A DNA stretch of 64,000 nucleotides from Octopus vulgaris (taxonomy: Eukaryota): the NCBI GenBank assembly GCA_951406725.2, contig OX597828.1, forward strand, positions 75,454,001-75,518,000. Reading direction: 5' to 3'. Every line of letters begins with the position of its first letter. The stretch's first letter is position 1. A model generated the notes under the pieces. The model was not told the origin of the DNA and ran no database searches. It saw only the letters and a list, made by a program, of their open reading frames with translations. Of this stretch, positions 37,304-52,931 are shown one piece after another. The position numbers were made by a program, and so were the translations under genes.

Positions 37304-38789
37304 TTGCATTACGTTGTAATTTCCGTTTCAAAAGAGGTTTGAAAACCCCAAGAAAGAATGCCAACTACAGGAGGAACAAAAACCAAACACTGAACACAAA
37401 AGAAGATCTCACCCTCACCAACAGATGGTGGCGTTGGTATTGGTCGTCGTGAAGATGTAGTTGATGATAGCAATAATTATTATCATCATCACCATAAATG
37501 ATTTGAATGATTTTTAACATCCGTTACTTATTCAATGTTTTATTTTTCTGTGATGCCAATATTTTTTGTATAGACAAGCGGAACGCATTATAAACACACA
37601 CATAGCACTATATATACACACACTATACACAATATGTTGTACAACCATACACATACCCACCAATGATATATAGGCAGACGTGAATACACAACCACATACA
37701 TACAGACACAAATACACTGATATAAATTTGGACGCAACACACCACCACATAAGCCTCAGACACGTGGACACGGAGAAACACACAAACATATATATGTATC
37801 TGCACAGATGCACACTCATATCTATATACTGAGATATAGGTAATCACACACACACATATATTATATATATATACATAGACACATATTATCATATACAAAC
37901 ACACACGCTAAGATACGGCATATAACTATCCTCACACCCATACACAGAGACGTACACATACGCAGATATACGTCCATACTGACACACACACACACACACA
38001 CGCATACACAGGTCGGTATAGAAAGGTTTCAATCGATAGTTAGACACAGCCAATGGACAGATGTGATAATGTGACGTGACTAAAGTGGAGATCGGAAAAC
38101 TAGAGTATTATTAGGCGATAAATCAGGAAATGAGACATAACTGAAAGATCGGCAAAAGAAAAGACATGTCTAATGGCTAGTTGGGAAAATAAAACACGAC
38201 TAATGTGAAAGAGAGAGAGAAACAAAGCATAACAAGGAAAGAGGGAGAAACAAACCATAACGAGGAGAGAGAGAGAGAGAGTGAGAGAGAAATTGAAAGA
38301 AACTGAGAGAGAACGAAAGAAAGCGAGGGTGGTTACAAACGCGAATCACCTCCATTTTACCTAATAAAAAATGGTAGATTTGCAGCGAGGCAACTTAGTT
38401 TACAGAGCTTATCCATCCATAGCAATAATATTGATTTTTTTTTTGCTGTAGCAGAGGCACAGGGATTCCCAATTTAGGGGAGGGCTAGAGTGTAATCGGT
38501 TAAATCGACTCCGATATTTGATTGATATTTTATGTTTTCTGACAACGGATGGGTGATTGTCAAAATTGGCTTCAGTCGGATTTGAACTGGAATAATAAGA
38601 ATAATCCTGTCTGAGTAAAATAAAGATTCCTCACAGAGACACAGGACCAGATATTTGTGTGTGTGTGTGTGTGTGTGTGTGTAGGTTATTGATTACGATC
38701 GATGCTATATCGGCCCATGGAAGGATAAATGTAAAAGTCTAGCTTGGCGGGATTAGAGATCGGAAATATGGCGTAGTGATCCAAATATT

Positions 38790-38955
38790 GGTTTCAAATT
38801 TTGGCACAAGGCCACCAAATTTTGGAGAGGCAGTGCTCTCCTGGTGCTTATTTTGTCGACCCCGAAAGATGAAAGGATACGTCAACCTCGTCGGAATTTG
38901 AACTTAGAAGGTAAAGGCGGACCAAATGCCGCTAAGCATTTTGTCCGGCGTGCTT
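38790..38955 (-). mobile_element. SINE family B, diverged
   Basis: tcgaccccgaaagatgaaagg...ggaatttgaacttagaa...gctaagcatttt. Further decayed copies at about 7240-7370, 13980-14155, 27630-27770, 38455-38590 and 39430-39600. Confidence 0.75.
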
Positions 38956-38993
38956 GTGTATCTAAGTATTGCCTTACTGTATGTAGGCTGCCT

Positions 38994-39189
38994 TAGTGGT
39001 TCTCAGACTTTTTCAGGCTGCCGCCCCCTTGGCACCTGGGACACATTTCTAAAGTAAAAAGAGTAAAGAGTAATTAACCCATTATTTATTTTTGCACCCC
39101 ACGCCGCTTTTTAGTCACCCCCATAATCATTCCACTTTTCTTCAACGCCCCCACTAAGGGGGCAGTAGCACTCACCTTGGGAACCACTG
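38994..39189. mobile_element. hAT (Charlie/MER5-like) MITE
   Basis: Imperfect TIRs tagtggttctcag / ttgggaaccactg. Right flank atctaaat fits the NTCTAGAN target preference, but the left TSD is not conserved. A similar right end (gttgagagccactg atctaagc) is at about 56685-56700. Confidence 0.6.
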
Positions 39190-39812
39190 ATCTAAATATT
39201 GCAAACCGTTTTACACGACGTACTCACAATTCAATGCTGCTGTTATGTTCAACATCCTTCCAATATTACCAGTCCAATACCATTTCGTTTCACGCTAGAC
39301 TGGCAGTATCGCAATCATTCTACCACCATCGTGTCGACTCTTGTCGTACCCTATCTGCTAACTTACCGTTGAGCACTTTAACTTCTCTGCTACTGCTCTA
39401 TCCTATTTTAAACAACACTGTTGACTTTCACTATTGGCACCAGGACTTCGGGGTAGAGAAACGACAGCTTCACCCCATTCCAGTTTCTGACACAATGTAA
39501 TCTACCTCGGATGGCTGTTAGCAAGATCGGCCCTAGATCGATTCAAAATCAGAATCTAAAGAGCCGTAATTAAATACCTCAAGATATTTTATCCGGCGAT
39601 CTCAGCATTATCATTGGTACTTTCATACAGGTAAAATATATGAGAAATACTTGAGGCCGAATGAAGTTCATTCATGTTTAATGGTAAGGTGAGAGTAAAT
39701 GGAGTGAAGTTTGGTAAAACTTTATTTATATCATCAAAGTTGATGTACATACTTCCTCGGTAACGTTGTTTGGTGTCCTCAGCCTACTCCCCCTCCTGCT
39801 GCTGCAGCAACG

Positions 39813-39850
<38 letters not shown>

Positions 39851-40589
39851 AACAACAATATCAGCCTTTTACTCTAAATGCTGTGAAACATCCAATTCCG
39901 TCACCTCTCCACTACTTTTCTCCTCCTAACCTTGCTCAGACTACACCCCACATATTTAACCCGTTCTTTCTCCCGACCAGAAACCCTCTGTAGTTACTCG
40001 GCCTGCTAGAAGCAGAGAAACAGTCCAGCCGTCGTATATATATATATATATATATAAAAGGAACGATAAGCCCGAAAAATAAAATAGTGAATGGTGTCAG
40101 ATGGAATAACATTCATCTTTGATCTACCTTCTCGTAATGAAGCCCTCCCTGTAACATCCCACCCTTCTTACAAATATGAAACAGCAGTTGGAGTTAAACC
40201 AGATCCTGATTAGTATCAGCCGGTCCCAAACAGCGGTGGTGAGGGCGTTAAATGCTATGGACACATCGCTTTATCTTTTGACTAAGAAGGTAGAAAACAA
40301 AAGTAAACGAAATAAAATGAAATAAAACTAGGTTTGGAAATAGGTTTCATACAATCTTTCAAAACAACAACAGTCTTTCAATGTGGTTGTTTGTGTTGTT
40401 AGAAATAACAGCTCTTTCAGATGACAGCAATATTGTCATGATACAAAAAGAAGACATACTTGATTGTGTATTACTACATACAAACATATTTGAACATAGA
40501 TAGATGCGATGGTCATTGTTGGAACGTCTTTCAATATATTGCATTAGAGATGCCCAAAGAGCTAAACAAAACACTATGACACTAGGTGG

Positions 40590-40780
40590 TAGAACAACCG
40601 GCTAGAAATAGCAGCCAATTCCACCTCAAATCACAGCCTATTTCGTTAAAATGGAATGACGTTGAATACTGTAGTACCAGGTACATTATGACTGAAAAGT
40701 AAAAGACGGGATGGTCACGGCTGTTACGCTTAATATCCCAGCTCTGTCCAATCAGTGCTGTTCTGGGGGTAAGCAACAAT
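40590..40780 (+). mobile_element. Old interspersed repeat family F (SINE-like, ends in (CAA)n)
   Basis: gctagaaatagcagccaa...cctcaaatcac...ggatggtcacggctg...ctgggg.taa.caacaa. Related pieces on either strand at about 15390-15560, 16490-16640, 20515-20715, 45590-45735, 49370-49392 and 61090-61540. Confidence 0.65.
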
Positions 40781-41670
40781 TCCGAACGGAGCCTCAACAT
40801 AGTATCGTAACCTGTTAGAAATTTCAACGAAGTCATCTCTACCATTTAAAAAAAATTGAAGGACACATGAAATAGAATCTTAAACCGAATGTCTCTATCC
40901 TAGAAATAACAGCTAAAAGTCCTTCACTCTACACCCTGCCATACTGAGAAGAAAAGAAAAGAAAAAAGAAGTACATATTTAATAATGAGACACACTTTCT
41001 TCTAGAAAGCAAAGAACAATGACTGAGTGGGTTGAGACTGGAACGGTTTCACTGTTTGAGCTGTTGAGCTAAATATTGACCAAAATGATTCCCCAAACCT
41101 TCTTTCTACACTAGCAACCCCTCAATAATACCACAGAAATCTTCAGCTTTCATTAGTTTAGTAAATTTGTGAACTGGTAGTTTTTTAAATATTAGATTTC
41201 TTGTTAGTTCCTTCTAATGTGTTATTTTGTTTGCTAAACTCTATAATTTCTGGTAATTTATTATTTAAGTGTCGGCAAAAGTAATTAGATTTTTTTTTCT
41301 TGCGAAATTCAATAAAAGGACTTGAGAGGAAATCTTTGTCTACTTTCCTCAATTTATATTCATTATCTCCGTCTTTCAAGTTGAAACTTTGCTGGCAGCA
41401 TTGACAATTTCATCTTCAGCAAAGTTCTCTTGAAGAAAATAGATCAGTTTTATGCTCTTTAAGTTCCGTGTCATTATTTTCTTTCGATTTATAACCAATT
41501 CGCTGGTTCTAGCCACATATTTTCTGATTAGAGTGTGCGTTTTCATACATACGTACATACATAAACACAAACAAATGCATAAATATATACATGTATAAAT
41601 ACACACCCACATGCATACATACACATACAGAAACACAGAAACACACACACACACACAGACACACACACAG

Positions 41671-41704
<34 letters not shown>

Positions 41705-42634
41705 ACATACAGAATCACATATCATGACATTCATACGTACATTTTTATATTGTCGTCGAGTCGGCCCCTGCTGCTCGCAGTTTTGCCTGTGGGTATGCTG
41801 GGTCTGCAGGCAATTTTTATTAATGTCTACTATGGTACTGGCTACTCTTTTCTTCAAATTGCCAATATTAAACATGTGAATGTGTGTGTGTGTATGTCTG
41901 TATGCATGTGCTTATGTGTATGTGTTCTGTCAGAAGGCGGCCTCTTCAAGTCTCGGTAACCCAACGGAATATACGAGCAGGTCTCTCTTCCCTAGTTTCA
42001 CTAAGCGATTAACCACCCCACCAATCTTTTTCAAAATGCAAATGAATAATCCAGTTCTAATTGCTATGGATCAGAAGATATCAGAATTTCTTAAACATAA
42101 GAAAAAGAAAATTGATCAACTTACTTCGACACCAGCCCTTTTCGACATCAGCCACCGCCACCATATTCTGGTAAATAAACCATTTAAACCGAAAACAAAT
42201 CGCTTTCCTTGCCCCTGGTTCTCTTTCACTTTGAGGTATTTAATAGATTGCATCGTAGTTCCGTTGAAACGGTTTAATATCTTGGTGAGGAGCATCCATC
42301 TTTATTTCTCTCTCTGATGTTTTTCTATTCTCGCTAGTGTCTTTGTTCTTATCATTGTTTTTCTGTTTCCATCTTTCTACGTTCAAATTTTAGATAAAGA
42401 AAATAATTTGCAGACACACTATAGAAAACAATTACACACGAAGCTTCCTAACGCCGGAACATACAGACATACAGACATACAGACATACATACATGCTTAA
42501 ATTACGCCTACAAAATTACGTTATACACACACACACACACACATACAACCATATATTGATCTCTGTTTATTTATATGCATACATACAGTTACATGTATGT
42601 GTGAATAAATACACGAATATATGTGCCTATATGC

Positions 42635-42679
<45 letters not shown>

Positions 42680-42716
42680 TATTGATCTTTCTCTCTCTCT
42701 CTGAATTTATGCATCT

Positions 42717-42766
<50 letters not shown>

Positions 42767-43087
42767 TATGTATGTGTCTATGTATCTATATGCATATATA
42801 TATATATATATATATATACATTAGCGGAGAGCAAGCGATTTTATACTAATTAAATGAGTCTTCAAATGTCTATGTATTAAGACAGAAGAGTAGATAATTA
42901 GTTTTCCGGGATAAATAATTTATAATTATATAAATGTGTCTCCGATTAGTTGAATCCGAACAAAGGAATTATTTAAAAAATTGCTTGTCAAAATAATTAG
43001 GAATTCAACAAAAATATTACAAATTTAATTGGGAATTATTAATTGGTAATGAAACAAACAATATGAACATTTATGAGTGTGTGTGCT

Positions 43088-43150
<63 letters not shown>

Positions 43151-44049
43151 GTATACATGTATATATGTGTATGTGTATATATATACATATGTACGTAAAT
43201 ACATACATATGTATATATACATGTATATATGTGTACGTGTATATATACATATGTACGTAAATACATACATATGTATATATGTATGTGTGTGTGTGTGTTC
43301 GTGTAATAGTATTAGGGACAGGATGTTTTCGCAACCGGAGTTAATTATATTTTATTCTAACTCATTTTTTGTTTTTCTTTCTTAATATTTAAAAAAATAT
43401 AATAAACGAAAATTAAATACTATTTTACTTATTAAGTTATAAAATTACATGAATCACTGAAGTTCTTATTTCAAATGTTACTTCTAGTTGAATTAGTAAG
43501 TGTTTTGCGGTATATATTAATTGTATGCATACAGAAAATTCTAACAACTTCTGGAGCCGTGCGTTGCAGTTTGGTCAGGGTCTCATTTGATATCTAGTAG
43601 CTTATGTTGCGTCCTTAATAGTACCGGGAACCGTGGGGGTAAAAAGCTGGAAATGATACGGGATTGATAAGGAACAACAATATATCTCGTGTTGCTGTAT
43701 GGGAACTAACAAATTTAGATATCAAGATATGATCTGAATTGAAAAGTGGCCAACGCGGTCGTTATAACGTCAGCCTCATCATTGAAGTGTTCTAAAGTGG
43801 CTGAAGGACAAGAGTTGTATATTTTTATTTCACTTTATTTCTATTTGTTTTTGAAACCGTAAACGGATTAAATCTAGAGACGACATCGATAATATTGTCC
43901 ATTAGATGCACTTTCACAATCTTTGTCAGTTTATTCTCGTGAGAAGTCTTCGGTCAACTCAGAACAACATGTAGAGAAAACCATACTTGCCCAATATACG
44001 AAACAGTGATAGGATCGAACCCGTAAACAAGTGACTGCCAATGTCTTTG

Positions 44050-44265
44050 TGACACTCCATGATTTTGTTACATGTCTTTGGTTGGTTATATTTTCAATGG
44101 AAACCAGCGAATGCTCTAGGTCCTTCCTATCATGCCACCCTATCCACCTGGTAGGGTGACGAAATTTCCCCAAGACACTTGATGAAGGCTGGAGAGTATA
44201 TCAGCCGAAACGTTGTGTTAACAACAAACAAGATGAGGACAAATATCCGACAAATGTAAATAATG
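44050..44265 (+). mobile_element. Penelope-like pLTR-type fragment (second family)
   Basis: Hairpin caccctatc...ggtagggtg followed by the hammerhead motif at 44174-44219; boundaries approximate. Confidence 0.5.
44174..44219 (+). ncRNA. Minimal type-I hammerhead motif (core UUGAUGA, C3U)
   Basis: GACAC TTGATGA A GGCTGG-agagtata-TCAGCC GAAAC GTT GTGTT: stem I GACAC/GTGTT, 6-bp stem II, AACGTT palindrome. Confidence 0.7.
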
Positions 44266-45466
44266 AATTTTGTCACTGTTTGGCTTTGAATCTTCAGCTC
44301 ATAATGAAATCGGTTGCGAGGCTGTCGCTAGGGTCAGCAGCGGTTTTGGCTATTTAAACTTGGTGTATTCCATCCAATTTCTCCTTGGAAAAGGAATCAC
44401 CGACAATGCTGGATTGGCACTGTATTTATCAAGCTCGAAAGAATAAAAAGCTCAGATTATCTTGGTGAGATTATTTAACATAGCGTTCAAAGAATCGAGA
44501 CGAATTTTACAAGGCATTCTAATAGACAGCCCAACGATTTTAAACGATATGGATCACCCACAAGAAATGTGCGTCGTTTCTGAAACGATACACGATATAA
44601 CCCTAATAGCATTTTGGCTTCACTACTACAAATATATCCCTTGGGTGGACTACCTAGACATGTAGCGAGGTAGACAGGTAGGCAGTTAGAGATTATGCGG
44701 TTAATATAGATAAGTAGGCAACTAGATGGGGATACTTTGTGTGTGATAAAAACAAAAGAATAGTTTTTTGATAAACCCCAGGAGGAACTTGATAAAGAAA
44801 GAGATAAAACAATGAACAATCGATCTTTAGAAATTCGAAAAACAAGATGGCTTTTACCAGATGTGACGTTACTTGGGACTTGTTTAAACAAATGCCATTT
44901 TTCTGCAGTGGTTATTTAAAATTTTGTTCTGTTCTGTGTACGAGTTACGTACTTGTATGCATGCTTATGTATGAGTGTATACGTGTGTGTGTTGTGTGTG
45001 TTGTGTGTGTGGTGTGTGATACATGTTTGTTTAGTTGTGTTTTTTTTTTGTGAGGGTAGGTGTATGTCTGTAGGCGTAAGTGTACGTGCAAGTGAGTTTT
45101 ATGTTTATATACATACATGCAAGTAGGTGAATGCGTATAAATGTGCGTAATTTAAGCATGTGTTGTTGATGTGTAGGTTTGTAGTTCACGTATAATTCTG
45201 TCAATTCTTGGTTGTATGCGAATTGCTAACAGCTTTTCTCACAATCATCACCACGGTCTCTATCCATACGACCGTCATCATCAACATCATTATCATCACC
45301 ATTACCAATTTCTTCAGCATTATGCCACTCATACCATATTCAACATACCACCACCACCACCACCACCACCACCGCCACCACCAAATTCTAATTTTCACCC
45401 AACTTATTTCATCGTCATTTGTATTATCTCCATCGCGACCAATACCAACACCTCACCCCTCCAGCT

Positions 45467-45467
45467 C

Positions 45468-45550
<83 letters not shown>
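45467..45550. repeat. (CAA)n microsatellite
   Basis: Perfect tract; source of the polyQ, polyN and polyT ORFs. Confidence 0.95.
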
Positions 45551-46507
45551 AATATGTTCGACAAACCCGTGACTGAGCTTTTCCGTGTTCGGTCAATGAC
45601 GATAGAAATAACAACCAAATCTTAATGATTTTAAAATAAGAAGGAAACATTGGATAATGCAGTTGTGTAATAACGATAACTGTGATGTGGCCACGGCTGG
45701 AATATTCTCTGTTGGAATGTTACCTGAACAACAACATCAACATGGGTGTATCATTCAATCCATTGGTTTTACAATCGAGTGGTACTTCTCAACGCCAAGT
45801 ATAGAACTGGTCATTTCCTCCGATTGCTTCCAGAAAGATTGGTGGTGCTATGCGGCAGGTTTCATTGGCCATCAACCAAAAACAGAATCAATAACAGAAA
45901 ACATCCCCCCCACCACAAAGAACAGGAAAAAAAAAACAATCATTGGGGGTAGGGAACCAAACACCTAAAGATATGAAGACCTTAGGGGAAATCATTTTCG
46001 TCAGTTGACACAAATGGAAGGGATGATGGATCATTTTGTGATGCTGTGAGTGTAGGAATATGGAGTTTCTAATGATATCCAGAATGGTGGGTAGGTCTCT
46101 GAGTAGTGCTACTAGTTGTAGTAGCAGCAGCAGCTACTATATTAGTATCAATACATACTAAAAACAGCTCACCCTGATGGTGGCGTTTAAGAAACATACC
46201 CGACTCTACGATTCTAAGCTTTATAAACAACGCAACACGTTTTCAACATTGTGACGGTTAAATCCTTCCTTTTTGGTATTACATTGTGCCTAGGTGTTAT
46301 ATATATATAAACAGGTAGGCGCAATATAATACAATAAAGGAAAGATTTAATCATCACTAAGTGTGACTAAGGGCGCAAAAGCACCTACATTGCTTCAAAT
46401 AAAAGTTAAATTACTCTAATACGGTAAGAGCGCAATATAAACATATAACAGGGGAGGTAACCGTACCACGATCGTCCCTAAGATCACCAGAATAGGCCTC
46501 GTAATAC

Positions 46508-46554
<47 letters not shown>

Positions 46555-47699
46555 GTCACCACTAATAAACCACTAACAGTAAACATGGTAGCTCTCCACC
46601 TGCCTCACAAACTGCTAGTTTTGCAAAAGCTAGAACACATAGGACTTAAATCTGTGAACACACACAGACATTATTTCATTGCTGAGGTCTGTTTTTAAAG
46701 ACAGTAGGGTGTGGTTGTAACTCAAAGAGATTGAGGAATTCTTGAAAGGTGAATGATTCATAGAATACAGCATAAAATCAATAGCTTAGTGATTTAGAAG
46801 AGCTGTATTCCATAGCTAAAAAACAGTATTAATTTATATAAATTTTTATATAATGAAGTGAACCAAGTTGCTGTTTCTCAAAATATGTTTGGGTTTCTGA
46901 CATCTGAGGAATGACTATAACAGAAAACCAGGACAAAAGAAAAACATTTGGTGAATTGTAAATTCGATTTGTAACTCTGGAAGACAAGGTGTGTGGTAAC
47001 ATATTGTGGTATCTAAATACATTTTATACGGTGGATTGAACCAGCTAACCTTATATTTATTACAAGGTGGACTGAAACAATCCACTAATCGGCCAGGAGA
47101 GAAACAGTTGTTCCTTGAAGGTGTTTAAAGCGATTATCACAGGAAGCTTACCGCCTCCATAGGAGGTTATTCGTTTTACTGGGAAAAGGAATCGTAAATA
47201 ATTTGCTTGGTGAGGATGTGGATAGGTAGAAAACATTTGTGAGAACAGAAATGAAAAAAAAACGAAAACAAACAATTTACAAAAATCAAAAAGCAAAAAC
47301 AACAAACATAAAAAAACAAAAAGAAAACTTAGAAGAAATAACGGTTGTAGAGGAGGAACGCGTCAGTAAGAAATCCCCACGGAAAAATATTAAACAATTT
47401 CATCTGAGTGAAAAGTTATAATTAACTTTGTTGAGGGGGGAAAGTTGTGGCTGTCTCGTAAAATATTCTGTGACAATATATACACATACACACGTATATA
47501 TACACATACACACACACACACACACACGCACACACACATATATACATACGTATAAATGCACACACACACATGTATATACATACAGATGTATACAAAAATA
47601 TACAAATTCATATATATATATATATATATATAAATTTATATATATATACATATATACACACATACATACATAAATTTGTATATATGCATATATATAAAT

Positions 47700-47739
<40 letters not shown>

Positions 47740-47934
47740 CTATATATATATATATACATATATGTGTGTGTGTGTATTCATATATAAAACATGTAAACAA
47801 CCTACCTTGTGACAGAAATTGGTGTAATGTGGATAAGATATGTATGATATACGAAATATATGTATATATATAATTGTATATATATACATACATATATATG
47901 TATATGTAATTATATATATATATATATGTATATA

Positions 47935-47989
<55 letters not shown>

Positions 47990-48639
47990 GTATATTTATT
48001 TATTTATTTATTCAATCTATGTATGGGTGCACATAAAATATATATATACACACAAACACAAATATATTAAATCTCAAACTAATCAGCTGAAACATCTTAG
48101 AAAAGTACACAAAATAGATTGAACAGAAAACTGAAGCGCATGCGTGTAGGGCGTGCGCACACGCACACCCACACCCACACCCCCACACACTCATAAATAT
48201 TCAACGAATGTATCATTTACGTATGCTTTCGAGTTTACTTAAGTAAGAGTGTTTTGCCAAAACATTGTTGTACATGTGAGGGCGATTTACCTTCAATGTA
48301 TACTACCCTTTATGTATACATTGTTTGCGAGGTTTTCGAGTTAACTAATTAATTCATTAATTAAACAAATACTTGATTGGTCAAAGTTTTTTCCAGCACA
48401 CCGGTGTCGCTTGAATGATTTCATCTGAGAGCAATTTGCATGTCGTGCCTGTTATTTATACCCATTGAACCATATAAGATACCGTACGAATGTGTGTTTC
48501 ATGAATTCTTCCGTGCGTGTCCCAGTTATTGTAATCGCAATAACTGGGTGGGGGTCTGTTCAATACTCCACATGGACGTCCGTTTCTAAATATGTCATTC
48601 ACTTATTCCGTTCTCATTTCGTTAATTTCCATAATTTAT

Positions 48640-48814
48640 CTTCATTTGTCTCAGTCATTGGAGTACGGCCAAACTGGGGGACCTTGAAGGGATCATTTGA
48701 ACAAACCAACACCAGTAGTTATTTTTAAGGGGCGGGGTACTTATTCTGCTGCTCTCTTTTATTTACGGAGACACAAACACACCAACACTGTTTGTCAAGT
48801 GGTGTGGTGGTCGA

Positions 48815-48850
<36 letters not shown>

Positions 48851-49025
48851 TATCGCACACGCACACTCACATACACGTTCATCTTCTAGTTTCCGTCTAT
48901 CAAATCTGTTGACAAGGGTTTGGTGGGTCCGGGGCTTGAGTGGAAGACATCCACCCAAGGAGCCACGCAGTTTCAAAGAACGCAGAGCCACGTGACTGTG
49001 AAGCAAACTATAACAGAGGCATGCT
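48640..49025 (-). mobile_element. SINE family A, highly diverged
   Basis: agtttccgtctatcaaatc...cccaaggagccacgcag, and cagtcatt near the 3' end. Confidence 0.65.
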
Positions 49026-49161
49026 TGCACACATATACACACACATACATATATATGTATATATATATATATGTATATACATATATGTATATATGTATAT
49101 ATGTGTATATTTGTATATATATGTATATATATATACATATATATATGTATATGTATGTATA

Positions 49162-49213
<52 letters not shown>

Positions 49214-49588
49214 AGTATATATGTATATATATATATGTATATATATGTATATATATATATGTATATATGTATATATATGTATATTTGTATATATATGTAT
49301 ATATATGTATATATGTGTATATATATGTATATATAGCAAAATTTAGGAACGGCCATAATAGGCCGTTCAACCCGCTAGAAATAGCAGCCAAGGCTTCAAC
49401 CGCAAGGCTTTAATTCCGTAAACTAAATTTTGCTGTTGAATTTATTAATAGTCTCTGACTATTTCCTTTTTTTCCCAGGCCGCTGGTGGCAAATAATTTC
49501 TACTGAATTTTTTGCTACCCTATATTGATAAATATATGTATATATATGTATATATGTATATATATATGTCTGTATATATGTATATATG

Positions 49589-49623
<35 letters not shown>

Positions 49624-49767
49624 CTATATATATATATGTATATATGTATATATATATATATATGTGTGTGTCTGTATATATGTATATATATATGTATATA
49701 TGTATATATATATATATGTGTATATATGTGTATATATATGTATATATATATTTATATATGTATATAA

Positions 49768-50197
49768 CTCTTTTTCGCTTTTACTTCTTTCAGTCATTTC
49801 ACTGTGGCCATGCTGGAGCATTGCTTTTAGTCGAGCAAATCGACCCCAGGACTTATTCTTTGGAAGCCTAGTACTTATTCTATCGGTCTGTTTTGGCGAA
49901 CCGCTAAGTTACGGGGACGTAAACACACTACCATCGTTTGTCAAGCGATGTTGGGGAGACAAACACAGACACAAGAAATACACACACATACATATATATA
50001 TATAAAGTTAATCCAAACATATTTCCAATATACTACAGGCTTCTTTCAGTTTCTGTCTACCAAATCCTCCACTCACAATGATTTGGTCGGCTCGAGGCTA
50101 TAGTAGGAACACTTACCGAAGGTGCCACGCAGTGGCAATGAACCCAGAACCATGTGGTTGGTAAGCAAGCTACTTATCACACAGCCACTCCTACGCC
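49768..50197 (-). mobile_element. SINE family A, full length, inside TA-rich microsatellite
   Basis: Reverse complement of 14174-14585 from tttcagtcatttcactgtggccatgctggagca to cacacagccactcctacgcc. Confidence 0.92.
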
Positions 50198-50919
50198 TAT
50201 ATATATATATATACATATGTATATATTTATATATGTATATATATATATATATATGTGTATATGTATATATATGTGTGTGTATATGTTTATATATATGTAT
50301 ATATGTATATATATGTACATATATATGTATATATGTATATATATGTATATATATATTTACATGTATATATATTATATATATTTATATATGTATATATATA
50401 TGTATTCCTATATATGTATATATATATACAAATATGTATATGTATATATATATCTGTATTCATATAATGTTGATCATTTTTGTTTTCTCATTCTGTCATT
50501 TGATTGAGTAATGTTCCCGAGACTTTTGTTTTTGTTTCAAGCGTTATGACTAGTTCTTGTTTGTATGTGTTTATGTATTTGCTTGTACCTGCGTGTGAAT
50601 ATCTATATATGCAGGTGGGTGTGTGTACCTGTATATTTGCATACACACGCACATTCCCATAACCATACAGAAACGTTTAACGTATACATCGCCTGAAAGC
50701 TATGCATACACACAGGTATGTATGCATATATATATATATATACACACATATATATACATATATATATATGCGTGTGCGTATGTGTGTGTATTTGTGCGTG
50801 AACGTGTGTGTAGTTGTGCGCGTATGTGTGTGTAAACTTGTCAGTGCACATACATGCGCCCACACACATATCTATACATGGATAATAAAAACATGTACAA
50901 CGATATATATGCATATATT

Positions 50920-50978
<59 letters not shown>

Positions 50979-51431
50979 ATGTACATGCATAGAGATGAAA
51001 TTCAAATTCGCAGACAAAACCAACTTAATCTAGCTGTTATTGGAATAACCCCTGTCGTCGTTGTCTGAAATAGTAAGTTTCATTCCAGAAGGAAAAGAAA
51101 ATATGCCACAATTCTTTCCAGAGAATCGTGATTGAATACAGAAACAAACAAAAATAAACAAAGAGAAAAATATAGCTAAAATATTAGTAAATTGATGGAA
51201 ATTTTATTTCAAATTATAGCGTATAGATTTTTTTTTATGTAGTTTCCTCCAAATACCAAAACAAAATTTTAAATAAATATTAAGAGAATCAATAGAAAAC
51301 AACGACGACAATAAATACAACAATGAGAACAACAATTACAAAAATAACAACAACAAGAACAATAAATAATTTTAAACAACTACAATAAGAGGCAGCAATG
51401 ACATCAGCAATAATACAATACACACGGCGAC

Positions 51432-51432
51432 G

Positions 51433-51466
<34 letters not shown>

Positions 51467-51516
51467 TAATAATAATGATAATAATAATAATAATAATAAT
51501 AATGATGATGATGATG

Positions 51517-51562
<46 letters not shown>

Positions 51563-51630
51563 TAATAATGATGATGATGATGATGATAATAATAATAATA
51601 ATAATAAAAATAATAATAATAATAATGATG

Positions 51631-51694
<64 letters not shown>

Positions 51695-51708
51695 TGATGA
51701 TAATGATG

Positions 51709-51757
<49 letters not shown>

Positions 51758-51774
51758 TAATAATGATGATGATG

Positions 51775-51841
<67 letters not shown>

Positions 51842-51882
51842 TAATAATGATGATGATGATAATGATAATAATAACAATAATA
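51432..51882. repeat. Compound (TAA)n/(TGA)n tract of about 450 bp
   Basis: Directly visible; explains the 287, 314 and 167 aa low-complexity ORFs. Confidence 0.95.
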
Positions 51883-52120
51883 GTAGGAATAGTAAGAAGA
51901 AAAAGAAGAAGAAAGAAAGGAAGAAAGGGGAAAATAAGAACGGAAAGAGGCAGAATAGCAAGATGAAGAAGGAGTAGGAGGAAAGTTGAAAGAGGAAGAG
52001 GAGGAGGGAAAGGAAAGAAGAGAAGGAGAAAAGAAGCGGAAGAGCAGGCTGAAGAAATAGATAATGGGGAGGAGGAAGAGGTGGAAGGAAAAGGGGTAAA
52101 AGAACGTGAAGTAGAAAACT

Positions 52121-52152
<32 letters not shown>

Positions 52153-52865
52153 CGAGAAAAAGAAGTCTTTTTTTCATTGGCAAATCTAATACATAGATGA
52201 AATATCGTTCAATTGGCCACCGGGGAGTGAAAATGTAACAAAATGGAGGAAGAAATATTAGAGATAAAAAGAAAAGAAAAAAAAAAAGAAAAGAAAAAAG
52301 ACAATGAGGCAAGAATGAACTAAGTTTCAAAAATTCACCTCGCGGCATATATTGGTATTTTTTTTTAGGTTTGAATCACTCCTACCACCACCACTATCTA
52401 CTAAATATTCCTCCCATCACTACTCACCCTCTTTAAAAATGCAAAAAAGAAGAAATACATTTCAAGACTACCCTCTGGCTTTATACTGAGTGTTCCAAAA
52501 ATATAGCGCAACACTATCACCGTAACCACAACCACTGACTACTAACGCTGCAACCATCAGAACCATCGCCTCCTTCGCAATATTACCTCCACGCTACCAT
52601 TGATACCAAAACCGTACCAGTACTATTGTCAATACAATGATCGGTAGCATCACCATCATCACCAACGCCGTCTTCACTACAACTACCCACGCATCCACAA
52701 ATATAACTCGACACCGTCAAGAGCAAAAACAAAAAAAGTATTTCTTTAATACAACAACAAAAACGACAAAGAACCAATTTTAGTAACAAAAACAGTATTA
52801 AGACAAAAATACACACTCACACACATATTTATCCATACACACACACTCACACACATATATATATC

Positions 52866-52931
<66 letters not shown>

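Noticed and set aside
41185-42380. Several non-repetitive 60-145 aa ORFs
   Set aside because: No recognisable motifs, no consistent splice phase, and stops in every frame.
47400-50511. Many YI/CV/HT-repeat ORFs here and throughout the window
   Set aside because: These are (TA)n, (TG)n and (TATG)n microsatellites.
51289-52348. Longest ORFs (287 and 314 aa)
   Set aside because: They are translations of (TAA/TGA)n and GA-rich tracts into polyY, polyL and polyS, with no domain content.
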